DNA of 32,000 nucleotides from Planctomycetales bacterium (GTDB lineage Bacteria; 4484-113; JAFGCY01), in NCBI GenBank assembly GCA_022646745.1, contig CP060262.1, forward strand, positions 2,820,001 to 2,852,000, read 5' to 3'. Numbering within the stretch: the first letter of the stretch is position 1; each line of letters starts with the position of its first letter. Shown one piece after another: positions 7,871 to 15,747 of this stretch. The position numbers and the translations under genes were made by a program. The notes under the pieces are model-generated. The model did not search any database. It worked only from the letters and a program-made list of their open reading frames with translations, and was not told the DNA's origin.

Positions 7871-8056
7871 CACGTTAAATCCTAGCGTAATTGGACAGTC
7901 ATGTATAGGTCTGAAAGTCAATAAATGGCCTTTTAGTCATTCCAATGCCACTAATGTAAAAGTGAAGAACATATCCGTACGGTAATGAAAGTACAAAGCG
8001 GATTGCCGTCAAGCAATCGAGACCTGCGGATAAAGCTGCGGTTTTGGACTGTCCAG

Positions 8057-8062
8057 TATAAT
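8057..8062 (+). promoter_or_regulatory. -10 box TATAAT upstream of citrate synthase
   Basis: Perfect TATAAT in the AT-richer divergent intergenic region 7922-8066. It implies a leader of about 37 nt to the ATG at 8106. Confidence 0.35.
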
Positions 8063-8105
8063 CAGCTTGCCGGTACGGGATGGGTACTCGGCGGCCGTAC
8101 ACCCG

Positions 8106-9374
8106 ATGGACATACTCAGAAGCAGGCTAGCCAGTCAGTTCAGTGATTCCCGTGAATCGATCGGCGAGTTGCTGCGTGAAAACGGCGAATTTGTAATCGA
8201 TTCCGTCCACCTGTCGCAGGTGTTTGGGGGCATGCGCGGCATCCACGGCCTGGTCTGTGACACAAGCACGGTGGACCCGATCGCCGGCCTTGTCATCAGG
8301 GGCAGGGGAGTAAAGGAACTGGGGGCATGCAGCCCGGAAGAGGTGTTCTGGCTGCTGCTGACAGGTGAGTTGCCGGAATACGAAGAGCTGTTTTCATTCC
8401 GCCAGGACCTGCAGTTACGTCGCCGCCTGCCGGACTGGATGGACGGGTTCCTCGCCGCGATGCCGGCTGGCAGCCACCCGATGAGCATGTTCAATGCCGC
8501 GGTGCTGGCCATGCAGGGGCAGTCCCATTTCGCGAGGGCCTACCACTCAACACCGAAGAGCGAGCTGTGGCAGCCGGCGCTGGAGGATGCGCTGGACCTG
8601 TTTGCGACCATGCCTCTGCTGGCAGTCAGGGTCTACCGCCAGCGCTACGGGCTGGTGGACAAGCCTGGATCTGCGGATGCAGATTACATCAGCCAGCTGG
8701 CATCCGGCCTGCTGGGCAGGGAGGACAGCGACTTCGAAAGCCTGCTGCGTCGTTATATCGTGGTGCAGAGCGACCACGAAAATGGCAATGTCTGTGCGCT
8801 GGCAGCCCACGTGACGGGCAGTGCGCATGCCGACCTCTACTACGCGGTCAGTGCCGGCCTCAACGGACTGGCCGGGCATATCCACGGACTGGCGGCACAG
8901 GACTTCATCCGCTTTCTGCACAGCCTGCAGGATGAGCTGGGCAGTGAGCCCGCCGAGGAAAGCATCAGGCAGGCGATGCAGCAGCGGCTGGACAGTGGCC
9001 GCGTGCTGCCGGGATTTGGCCACGCCGTGCTGCGCCAGGCGGACCCGCGCTTTGAGATCCTGTATGCGATTGCCGACGAGCGCTACCAGGACAATCCGTT
9101 GTTCAGGCTGGCCAGCCGTGTATACAGCGTCGGGACGGAACTGCTGAAGGCCCATCCCAGGGTGAAGAACCCCTACCCGAATGTGGACGCGATCACGGGC
9201 GTCGTGCTGCAACTTGCCGGCATTGAACAGCTTGAGTTCTATACGGTGCTCTTCGGTGTTTCACTGTCCATCGGCATCCTGGCACAGAATGTGGTCAGTC
9301 GCGGCATCGGATCCCCGATCGTGCGGCCCCGTTCTGTGGCGACGGCAGAGTTGCGCGCTCTGGCTGGCGGCTGA
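8106..9374 (+). CDS. gltA: citrate synthase, eukaryote-like type
   Basis: Citrate synthase signature GFGHAVLRQADPRF. N-terminal VFGGMRGIHGLVCDTSTVDPIAGLVIRG parallels the mitochondrial-type GGMRGMKGLVYETSVLDP...RFRG block. An alternative TTG start at 8067 lies only 4 nt after the -10 box. Confidence 0.9.
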   Translation: MDILRSRLASQFSDSRESIGELLRENGEFVIDSVHLSQVFGGMRGIHGLVCDTSTVDPIAGLVIRGRGVKELGACSPEEVFWLLLTGELPEYEELFSFRQDLQLRRRLPDWMDGFLAAMPAGSHPMSMFNAAVLAMQGQSHFARAYHSTPKSELWQPALEDALDLFATMPLLAVRVYRQRYGLVDKPGSADADYISQLASGLLGREDSDFESLLRRYIVVQSDHENGNVCALAAHVTGSAHADLYYAVSAGLNGLAGHIHGLAAQDFIRFLHSLQDELGSEPAEESIRQAMQQRLDSGRVLPGFGHAVLRQADPRFEILYAIADERYQDNPLFRLASRVYSVGTELLKAHPRVKNPYPNVDAITGVVLQLAGIEQLEFYTVLFGVSLSIGILAQNVVSRGIGSPIVRPRSVATAELRALAGG

Positions 9375-9379
9375 GCCGG

Positions 9380-9388
9380 TGCTAGAAT
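9380..9388 (+). promoter_or_regulatory. extended -10 promoter TGcTAGAAT, 6 nt upstream of the GTG start at 9395 (candidate leaderless promoter)
   Basis: TGCTAGAAT at 9380-9388, spacer tcgcag, GTG at 9395. The same 11-mer GGTGCTAGAAT recurs at 20583-20593. Confidence 0.45.
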
Positions 9389-9394
9389 TCGCAG

Positions 9395-10501
9395 GTGCAT
9401 AGGCTCTTCATTCTGCTGCTTGCAGGCCTGCTGCTGGCAGGCTGCAACAAGTCCACCGATTCCGGAACTGACAACGACCCGGTCACTGCGTCTGATACCG
9501 ACGCTGATGTTGTAGATGAACAGCCAGCTGAGCCGGTCAAGCTCCTGCCCCGCAGGCGGGTACTGGCGGCATTCAGCGGCTCGGAGACGGACCCCTGGAC
9601 CGCGGACATGCTCGGTGCACTGGGCAGCCAGCTGCATTTCGATGCCTGGTCGCAGGCCGACGCGGATGACTACTTCGACTACTACGGCCCCTTCGATGTG
9701 ACCAGTGGCAACCTGCCGCTGGACCTGCGGATCGTGCTGACTGGGATGGACAACGTGGCGGGGCTGGAGCGGCAGCAGGCGGCGGCGCAGCACCTGCTGG
9801 AGCAGGTTCAGGAATTCAGTGCCGACCTGGTCTGGCTGGATGGCGACCAGCTGCAGTACAGTGCGGGCCGGATTTTGCTTGACAACGAATTCCCGGTCGT
9901 GTTCAGCGGCCTGACGCATGACAGCTCGCTGTATTACGAAGGCGAGGATGCGGCTGCCGGCTTCTACCGCCGCCACAGCGTATCCGGCACGATGGGACGG
10001 ATCTGGCGTGACAACAAGGAAGCGCTGTTCCACTGCATCATCACGGACGACAGCCCGGAAGGCATGCGGCGGATGGTGGACTTCACGGATGCCGAGGACC
10101 TGCTCGGGGAAGGCAGCACGCTGCATGTGTTGCCGCCTTTCACTGACTGGCAGGCACTGTCCGAAGCAATCGAGGAGATGCCGGCGGAGGCTGACGACCT
10201 GATCATCTGCGCGGCCGCTGAGTCCGGCTGCAGCGAAGCGCTGTCAGGCACGGAACCGCCGCAGGACATCCTCGCATTCTGCCAGGTGCCGGTCTACGTG
10301 CTGGGGCCATCCCCGCTGGACATGCTGGGCTGCACCAGCCTGCTGGTCAAGCCGGCAGCCCAGGTCAACGAGGTGCTGACGGTGTTTGATGCGCGGCTCG
10401 GCCGTGACATCCCGATGGCATCGATCCCGACGATCGTGCCTGAGGACATGCAGGCCCAGCGCAGTGAGCCGTCTGAAGTGATCCCGCGCTCTGACGGCTA
10501 G
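9395..10501 (+). CDS. putative lipoprotein, function unknown (possibly a periplasmic-binding-protein-like fold)
   Basis: MHRLFILLLAGLLLAGC with canonical lipobox LAGC. No diagnostic motif recognised. Confidence 0.6.
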   Translation: MHRLFILLLAGLLLAGCNKSTDSGTDNDPVTASDTDADVVDEQPAEPVKLLPRRRVLAAFSGSETDPWTADMLGALGSQLHFDAWSQADADDYFDYYGPFDVTSGNLPLDLRIVLTGMDNVAGLERQQAAAQHLLEQVQEFSADLVWLDGDQLQYSAGRILLDNEFPVVFSGLTHDSSLYYEGEDAAAGFYRRHSVSGTMGRIWRDNKEALFHCIITDDSPEGMRRMVDFTDAEDLLGEGSTLHVLPPFTDWQALSEAIEEMPAEADDLIICAAAESGCSEALSGTEPPQDILAFCQVPVYVLGPSPLDMLGCTSLLVKPAAQVNEVLTVFDARLGRDIPMASIPTIVPEDMQAQRSEPSEVIPRSDG

Positions 10502-11889
10502 GGCAGCAGCTGTACGCGGTTCACGCTGTTGGCCAGCCCGTTGAGCACCCAGGCGTTGCCTTCGTCGCCAATCTCAACGGCAGCTGCTCCGGCCAGCAGG
10601 TCGGCACCCTGGGAGAGGTCGATTGGGTCCGGGTAACGCCCGCTGCCCGGTGTGTCTGTTGCCACTTCGACGATGAACAGCTCATCCGTATTGAAGCTGC
10701 TGGCGAGGATCAGCTTACCGTCACGGCTGAATTCCACGTCGCCAATGTAAGTGAACTCAGTCGTCAGCACGATCGGATTGGACTGCCCGCGCAGGATGCT
10801 GCGGTTAGCCAGGTCCAGCTTGTACAGATTGCCGTTGATCGAGTTACCAAGGTAGGCAGTAGCTCCATCGGAGGAAATGGCAATTGCTCCTGCGCCGACT
10901 TCTCCCATGTTGATGCTGCCCAGGCGCTCGGGATCGCTGCCGAGGCTGTAGAACTCCACTACTGATTCGGTCGAGACGTTAGGAGTGAAGTCAGAATCGA
11001 AGTTGAGTTCGCCGCCACAGACCACAACCAGCTCATTGCGCGACTTGTTGACGGCGATGAACTGCGGGTTCTGTCCGCTGCATTCAATGTCGCTAGAGGT
11101 GGGGGCGGCACTGCGGTAATCGACAACACTGAACAGGCCGGTTCCATAGGTGGTCGGGTCGCCGCTGCCGAACTCCGGGAAGGCCATCACCTGGCTGCGT
11201 GGGACGTACATCCGGTCCTCATGCACGGCTGCGGCCGCAGGGCCGATGAACACGGCATTGCTGTCCTCGAGCTGGAACACGTCCTGGATCTGGTTGAAAC
11301 TGAGGTCGGCAAGCGACATCCGCGTCAGCTGGTTGCTGCCGTTGCTGACACAGTAGAGGTGGTCAAGGTCCGCTGCAAGGTGGCTTGGCGAGGAGAATTC
11401 CGGGAACAGCACACTGGCCAGTTCGATTCCGCTGAGGGAGTATTTCACCACGCTGTTGTCGAGGCTGTTGGCGACGTACAGGTTGCCGGCGTTGAACAGC
11501 ATGTCATTTGGCCCACTGCCGGCTGCGAAGTGGTTGAGGGAGACCAGCTCAGCCTGCTGCTTCACCGCGATAGTCGTCATCAGCACGCTGCCATTCTTGC
11601 TGTACTGCACTGTCATGCTGTTGCCAGTGGCCTGTGCGTCGAAGGCGAAGGAGCCATCAGCTCCAGACTGGCCATTTCCGCTGCCACCGCTGGCTATGCT
11701 GACACTGCTGCCCGGGTCGGAACTGCCGGCAGGAGCACTTATTCGGACGTTGCCTGACTTCGCTGCCAGCGCGTTGATGCTGCTCGGAGTTGGTTGCGGC
11801 TGGCCGTTGCCGGAGCCGCCGCCACCGCAGGCTGCTGCCAGCAGGCAGCTGAGAACGGCAATCATGCAGTTGGCAAGAAGACTCTTCAT
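10498..11889 (-). CDS. lipoprotein with a seven-repeat YVTN/NHL-like beta-propeller; last gene of the B12-riboswitch operon
   Basis: MKSLLANCMIAVLSCLLAAAC lipobox, then a Gly/Ser-rich tether. Seven blade-like repeats (for example GPNDMLFNAGNLYVANSLDNSVVKYSL, SPSHLAADLDHLYCVSNGSNQLTRMSL, GAGAIAISSDGATAYLGNSINGNLYKLDL, YIGDVEFSRDGKLILASSFNTDELFIVEV, GAAAVEIGDEGNAWVLNGLANSVNRVQL). The start overlaps the receptor stop as ATGA. Confidence 0.7.
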   Translation of the reverse strand: MKSLLANCMIAVLSCLLAAACGGGGSGNGQPQPTPSSINALAAKSGNVRISAPAGSSDPGSSVSIASGGSGNGQSGADGSFAFDAQATGNSMTVQYSKNGSVLMTTIAVKQQAELVSLNHFAAGSGPNDMLFNAGNLYVANSLDNSVVKYSLSGIELASVLFPEFSSPSHLAADLDHLYCVSNGSNQLTRMSLADLSFNQIQDVFQLEDSNAVFIGPAAAAVHEDRMYVPRSQVMAFPEFGSGDPTTYGTGLFSVVDYRSAAPTSSDIECSGQNPQFIAVNKSRNELVVVCGGELNFDSDFTPNVSTESVVEFYSLGSDPERLGSINMGEVGAGAIAISSDGATAYLGNSINGNLYKLDLANRSILRGQSNPIVLTTEFTYIGDVEFSRDGKLILASSFNTDELFIVEVATDTPGSGRYPDPIDLSQGADLLAGAAAVEIGDEGNAWVLNGLANSVNRVQLLP

Positions 11890-13832
11890 AGGGATTCACT
11901 CCAGCTTACGGATATTTCCCTGCCGGGCAGGGGATAGTTCCAGGCGTCTCGCGCACTGCCGTTGAACAGGTTGCTGATGCCAAGCTGCCAGCCGGCGGGA
12001 TCGGGGCCGATGGAAAACTCAAGGTTGACGATGCTGCGCGGGGATGTGCGCAGGTTGCCGAACAGGTCGGCAGGGATGGAGGATGTGTAATCGAGGGATG
12101 CCGCGGCACTGAAGCTGTCCTGCCGGTACTGCAGGCCACTGCCTGCGTGCAGGCTGCTGCGGCCGGTGAGAGGCGTGCCATTGCGGTACTCGGCAACCGG
12201 CAGCCATGTGGCACTGCTTGTCCACCACAGGTCACTGGCCAGCCTCCAGTCGAGGCTGCCTTCCATCCCGGCAATGCTGGCCTGACCGGTATTGCGGGCC
12301 TCGACTAGGTAAGCGCTGACCGGGGCAAAGATGATTGAATCGCGGTACAGGCTGTAGAAGGCAGCGCAGTCGAGACGCGCCGAGCCGTAACGCCGCCCGT
12401 AGCCGATCTCTATATTGTCGACCGTTTCGGGTTTCAGGTCCGGGTTGCCTCGCACGCTGCCGCTGTCACCCAGGTACAGCTCATCAAAGGAAGGATGGCG
12501 TACTGCCCGTGTCATGCTGGCCCGCAGGCTGGCACTGTTGCCATAGTCACGGCGGAGGGCGATGCCGGCCATCGGGTCGATACCCACATCCGAGGATGCT
12601 GTCAGGCCCCAGCTGTACTGGAATTTCCAGTTGCCTTGATCTTTCTCCTGCCATGCGCTGTAGTCAATTCCGGCGTGAAGTTTGCGGGCTGCGGAGTCGC
12701 CATCAGCGAAGTCCAGTCTCGGACGCAGCAGGCTGTCGCTGTTCCGATGTTCGTGTTCCAGATGCAGCAGCAGGTCCCGATTGTCTATCTCCCCGCGGTT
12801 CAGGTAGGGATGCGGGTCCCGCACTTGGCTGAACTGGGCTGACAGGGCCGTCCTGTAATCAGCACGCGTCGCCTGTAGCCAGAGGGATTGCCTGTCCATC
12901 CGTGCACTGAGGGTCGGGAACTCAGCACTGCCGGGAATGCCCCGCGACATGTCGCTGAACCCGAATCGCCAATCCGTTTCATCAACCTGCCAGCTACCCA
13001 GCAGTTCGTGGCGCAGCACATCTGCATTGGCTCGGCGGGCTGTCGTGCCATCAGCCCGCTTGTAGGAGTAGTCATTCTCTGCGCTGAGCATGCCGTAGGA
13101 CCAGCTCAGGCTGGCATCGCTGCGGCTGATTTCCATTTCGTAGTAATCATTGCTGCCAGCCAGCACGGCATACCGGGTGACAGGCGGATTTTCAGTACGC
13201 TCGCGGAATTCAAAATCAGCCAGATCGGCAAAGTATTCCTTGAATGGCAACCCGCTCTCGGCATAAGCCGGAAAACTTTCCTGCCTATCTTCGGAAATGC
13301 TGACGAGGTTGACGACACCACCAAGCGCTCCGGGTCCGAACTGCAGGGCCTGTGGTCCACGCAGCACCTCGATGCGATCGAGGGATGTCGTGCCCAGAGA
13401 TGAGAGGTCAGTCGCCTGCAGTGGACTGACTGGCTGGCCATCCAGCAGGACCAGTACCTGACCGGCGGACGCCCCGCGCAGGCTGAGTGTGCTGAGTTGG
13501 CCATTGCCACCGAGCCGCCTGACATCAGCCCCGGCAATGCTTTCGAGGATGTCTGCCAGGCTGGCATGGGCTGTAAAACGATTTCGGTCAATTATGCTGA
13601 GCGCTGACCAGTCGCCAAGTCTCATCGCCAGGCTGCGGTTGTCGCTGACAAGGCTGCTGCCGAGGTCAACAGTGAGGTCGTCATCCGAGTCATCAATGCT
13701 GATGTCAAAGGCCGGATCGTAGTCATCGTACAGGTGGTCGAGGTCGATCTCAACTGCATCGCCATCTTCCGCTCGACAGGGCAGAACAGGCAGGCAGGCC
13801 AGGAGAAGCAGGATCAGCAGCAGGCAGCGCAT
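11886..13832 (-). CDS. btuB: TonB-dependent outer-membrane receptor, BtuB-like (cobalamin assigned from riboswitch context)
   Basis: Signal peptide MRCLLLILLLLACLPVLPCRA. Plug-domain motif LSLRGASAGQVLVLLDGQPV and RIEVLRGPQALQFGPGALGGVVNLVS. About 650 aa with barrel-type sequence. Lies in the cobalamin riboswitch operon. Confidence 0.8.
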   Translation of the reverse strand: MRCLLLILLLLACLPVLPCRAEDGDAVEIDLDHLYDDYDPAFDISIDDSDDDLTVDLGSSLVSDNRSLAMRLGDWSALSIIDRNRFTAHASLADILESIAGADVRRLGGNGQLSTLSLRGASAGQVLVLLDGQPVSPLQATDLSSLGTTSLDRIEVLRGPQALQFGPGALGGVVNLVSISEDRQESFPAYAESGLPFKEYFADLADFEFRERTENPPVTRYAVLAGSNDYYEMEISRSDASLSWSYGMLSAENDYSYKRADGTTARRANADVLRHELLGSWQVDETDWRFGFSDMSRGIPGSAEFPTLSARMDRQSLWLQATRADYRTALSAQFSQVRDPHPYLNRGEIDNRDLLLHLEHEHRNSDSLLRPRLDFADGDSAARKLHAGIDYSAWQEKDQGNWKFQYSWGLTASSDVGIDPMAGIALRRDYGNSASLRASMTRAVRHPSFDELYLGDSGSVRGNPDLKPETVDNIEIGYGRRYGSARLDCAAFYSLYRDSIIFAPVSAYLVEARNTGQASIAGMEGSLDWRLASDLWWTSSATWLPVAEYRNGTPLTGRSSLHAGSGLQYRQDSFSAAASLDYTSSIPADLFGNLRTSPRSIVNLEFSIGPDPAGWQLGISNLFNGSARDAWNYPLPGREISVSWSESL

Positions 13833-14800
13833 CAGAGACGCACCTCGCGCTGGCGCAGCAGGATCCAGATGAAGAAGGGCGCACCGATCAGGCTTGTGAT
13901 GATGGTGAGTGGGATCTCCCTTGGCGGGGCTGCCGTACGGCTGACTATGTCAACGAAGAGCAGCAGCAATGCACCACCGACCATTGACAACGGGATTAGC
14001 ACGGCATGCCGGGCCGAGCCGTACAGGCGGGCCACATGCGGCACCATCAGTCCGACGAAGGCGATCACCCCGCAGAATGCCACACTGATGCCGGCCAGCA
14101 GGGAACTGACCGCCAGCAGGCGCAGACGCAGGGAGCGGATGTTGATCCCGAGGCTGTGGGCCTTGTCATCGCCAAGCAGCATGGCGTCCAGTTCGCGGCG
14201 CCAGGAGATTGCCAGCCAGCATGAGATGCACACGACTGGCAGCATCACCAGCACCTCGGCCATCCCGACGGTACTGACCCGGCCCAGCAGCCAACTGATC
14301 ACCTGCTCCGTGCCACCACTGCTGCCACTTACCAGCAGCAGCCAGACCACAGCCCCGCACAGGGTGCCAAGCGCGATGCCCATCAGCAGGATACTGGCGC
14401 TGTCACGCCGGCCGGACAGGAATGTGGCATACAGCGCGAGTGTGATCAGCAGTGCACCGAGCAGTGCCGGGAAGCCGATCAAGAGCGCACTGCTCATACC
14501 AAGGGCGGTTGCCACTACCGCCCCGAGCGCCGCACCCGCACTGACTCCAGTGATGTACGGTTCGGCCAACGGGTTGCGGAAGAACAGCTGCATCAAAACA
14601 CCGCTTGTTGCCAGAGCAGCCCCGGCGAGGATCGCCATCAGCACGCGCGGCAGGCGCAGGCTCCAGAGGATCTTCGACTCCAGCTCAGTCAGCCCGTCCA
14701 GCATCTGCGCAGGCCCGAGCCCGCTGGGACCGACGGACAGGGAGACTAGTGCTGCCAGCAGGACCAGCAGCAGCAGGGCTGGCAGGAGCAGGCGTTTCAT
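13832..14800 (-). CDS. FecCD-family ABC permease (BtuC/FepD-like)
   Basis: LRLPRVLMAILAGAALATSGVLMQLFFRNPLAEPYITGVSAGAALG. Hydrophobic throughout. TGATG overlaps on both sides. Confidence 0.9.
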   Translation of the reverse strand: MKRLLLPALLLLVLLAALVSLSVGPSGLGPAQMLDGLTELESKILWSLRLPRVLMAILAGAALATSGVLMQLFFRNPLAEPYITGVSAGAALGAVVATALGMSSALLIGFPALLGALLITLALYATFLSGRRDSASILLMGIALGTLCGAVVWLLLVSGSSGGTEQVISWLLGRVSTVGMAEVLVMLPVVCISCWLAISWRRELDAMLLGDDKAHSLGINIRSLRLRLLAVSSLLAGISVAFCGVIAFVGLMVPHVARLYGSARHAVLIPLSMVGGALLLLFVDIVSRTAAPPREIPLTIITSLIGAPFFIWILLRQREVRL

Positions 14801-15747
14801 CAGCGTGCGGCGCTGGCCCCGTTGTTGCTTACGCTGCCGGTAACAGGCGCATTGAGCTGCTCCTTGATTTCATCAATTGCCAGCAGGATGCGTGGTCCGG
14901 GGCGCAGCAGGTGGTCAGAATTGACGACGACCAGCTGACCCTGCTTCACCGCGCGCAACTCCCGAAACACCGGGTCCTTGCGCAGTTCAGCCAGCATCTC
15001 CGACCGGGCGTCAGCGGGGTCCTCTTCCTCGGTGCAGCTGGTGGTTGTCAGGATCCAGTCCGGATCCGAGGCCATGATGAACTCAGCGCTGACAGCCGGC
15101 CAGCGGTAATCCAGACTCACCGCATTAGCCAGTCCGCAGCGAAGCATGACATCGTTGATGAACGAGCTGCTGCCGCAGGTATAGACCAGCTCTCCCGGGT
15201 ATCCGAAGAAGCAGCTCGGTTCGCCCGGCAGTGCAAGGTATTCACGACCAGCGGTTTCCTTCTCGATCCACTTGGCAAACTCAACAGGCAGAGCTTTGTC
15301 CCATGAGAAAGATGTGCCGAGTATTCCTTCAAGGGTCCACATCTGTTCACCGATCTCGCGGACAGTCGTCGCCTCCTTCAGCGCACATACCTGGATACCG
15401 AGCTGCCGGAGCTGGTCGACGAGTTCCAGGCTGTTGCCCTGGTAGGCCAGCACGATGTCCGGCTGCAGGGCCACGATCTTCTCCAGGCTGGCGTCCACCT
15501 GTCCGCCGATGTCGTCAACGGAGACGATGCTGTCCGGGTAGTTGCAGAAGCTGCTCTTGCCGACCAGCCTGTCTGCGTATCCGAGAAAGGCGACCATCTC
15601 GGTCAGGTTGGGCATCAGGCTGACGATTCGCTGGCAGTCCTGGCCGTAGGCGACCTGTTTGCCAGTGCCATCTGTGAATGTGTCCGCGGCAAATGCCTTG
15701 CCTGCCAGCAATAACAGCCAGGCCGCGAGGATGATCAGGATTCTCAT
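14800..15747 (-). CDS. periplasmic substrate-binding protein of the cobalamin/siderophore class (BtuF-like)
   Basis: Signal peptide MRILIILAAWLLLLAGKAFA. RIVSLMPNLTEMVAFLGYADRLVG and EKIVALQPDIVLAY are typical of class III binding proteins. Confidence 0.8.
   Translation of the reverse strand: MRILIILAAWLLLLAGKAFAADTFTDGTGKQVAYGQDCQRIVSLMPNLTEMVAFLGYADRLVGKSSFCNYPDSIVSVDDIGGQVDASLEKIVALQPDIVLAYQGNSLELVDQLRQLGIQVCALKEATTVREIGEQMWTLEGILGTSFSWDKALPVEFAKWIEKETAGREYLALPGEPSCFFGYPGELVYTCGSSSFINDVMLRCGLANAVSLDYRWPAVSAEFIMASDPDWILTTTSCTEEEDPADARSEMLAELRKDPVFRELRAVKQGQLVVVNSDHLLRPGPRILLAIDEIKEQLNAPVTGSVSNNGASAAR

Noticed and set aside
13734-14843. 369-aa plus-strand ORF over the ABC permease gene
   Set aside because: The minus strand gives a textbook FecCD permease. 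The plus-strand translation is Ser/Arg/Thr/Ala/Pro-rich low-complexity sequence.
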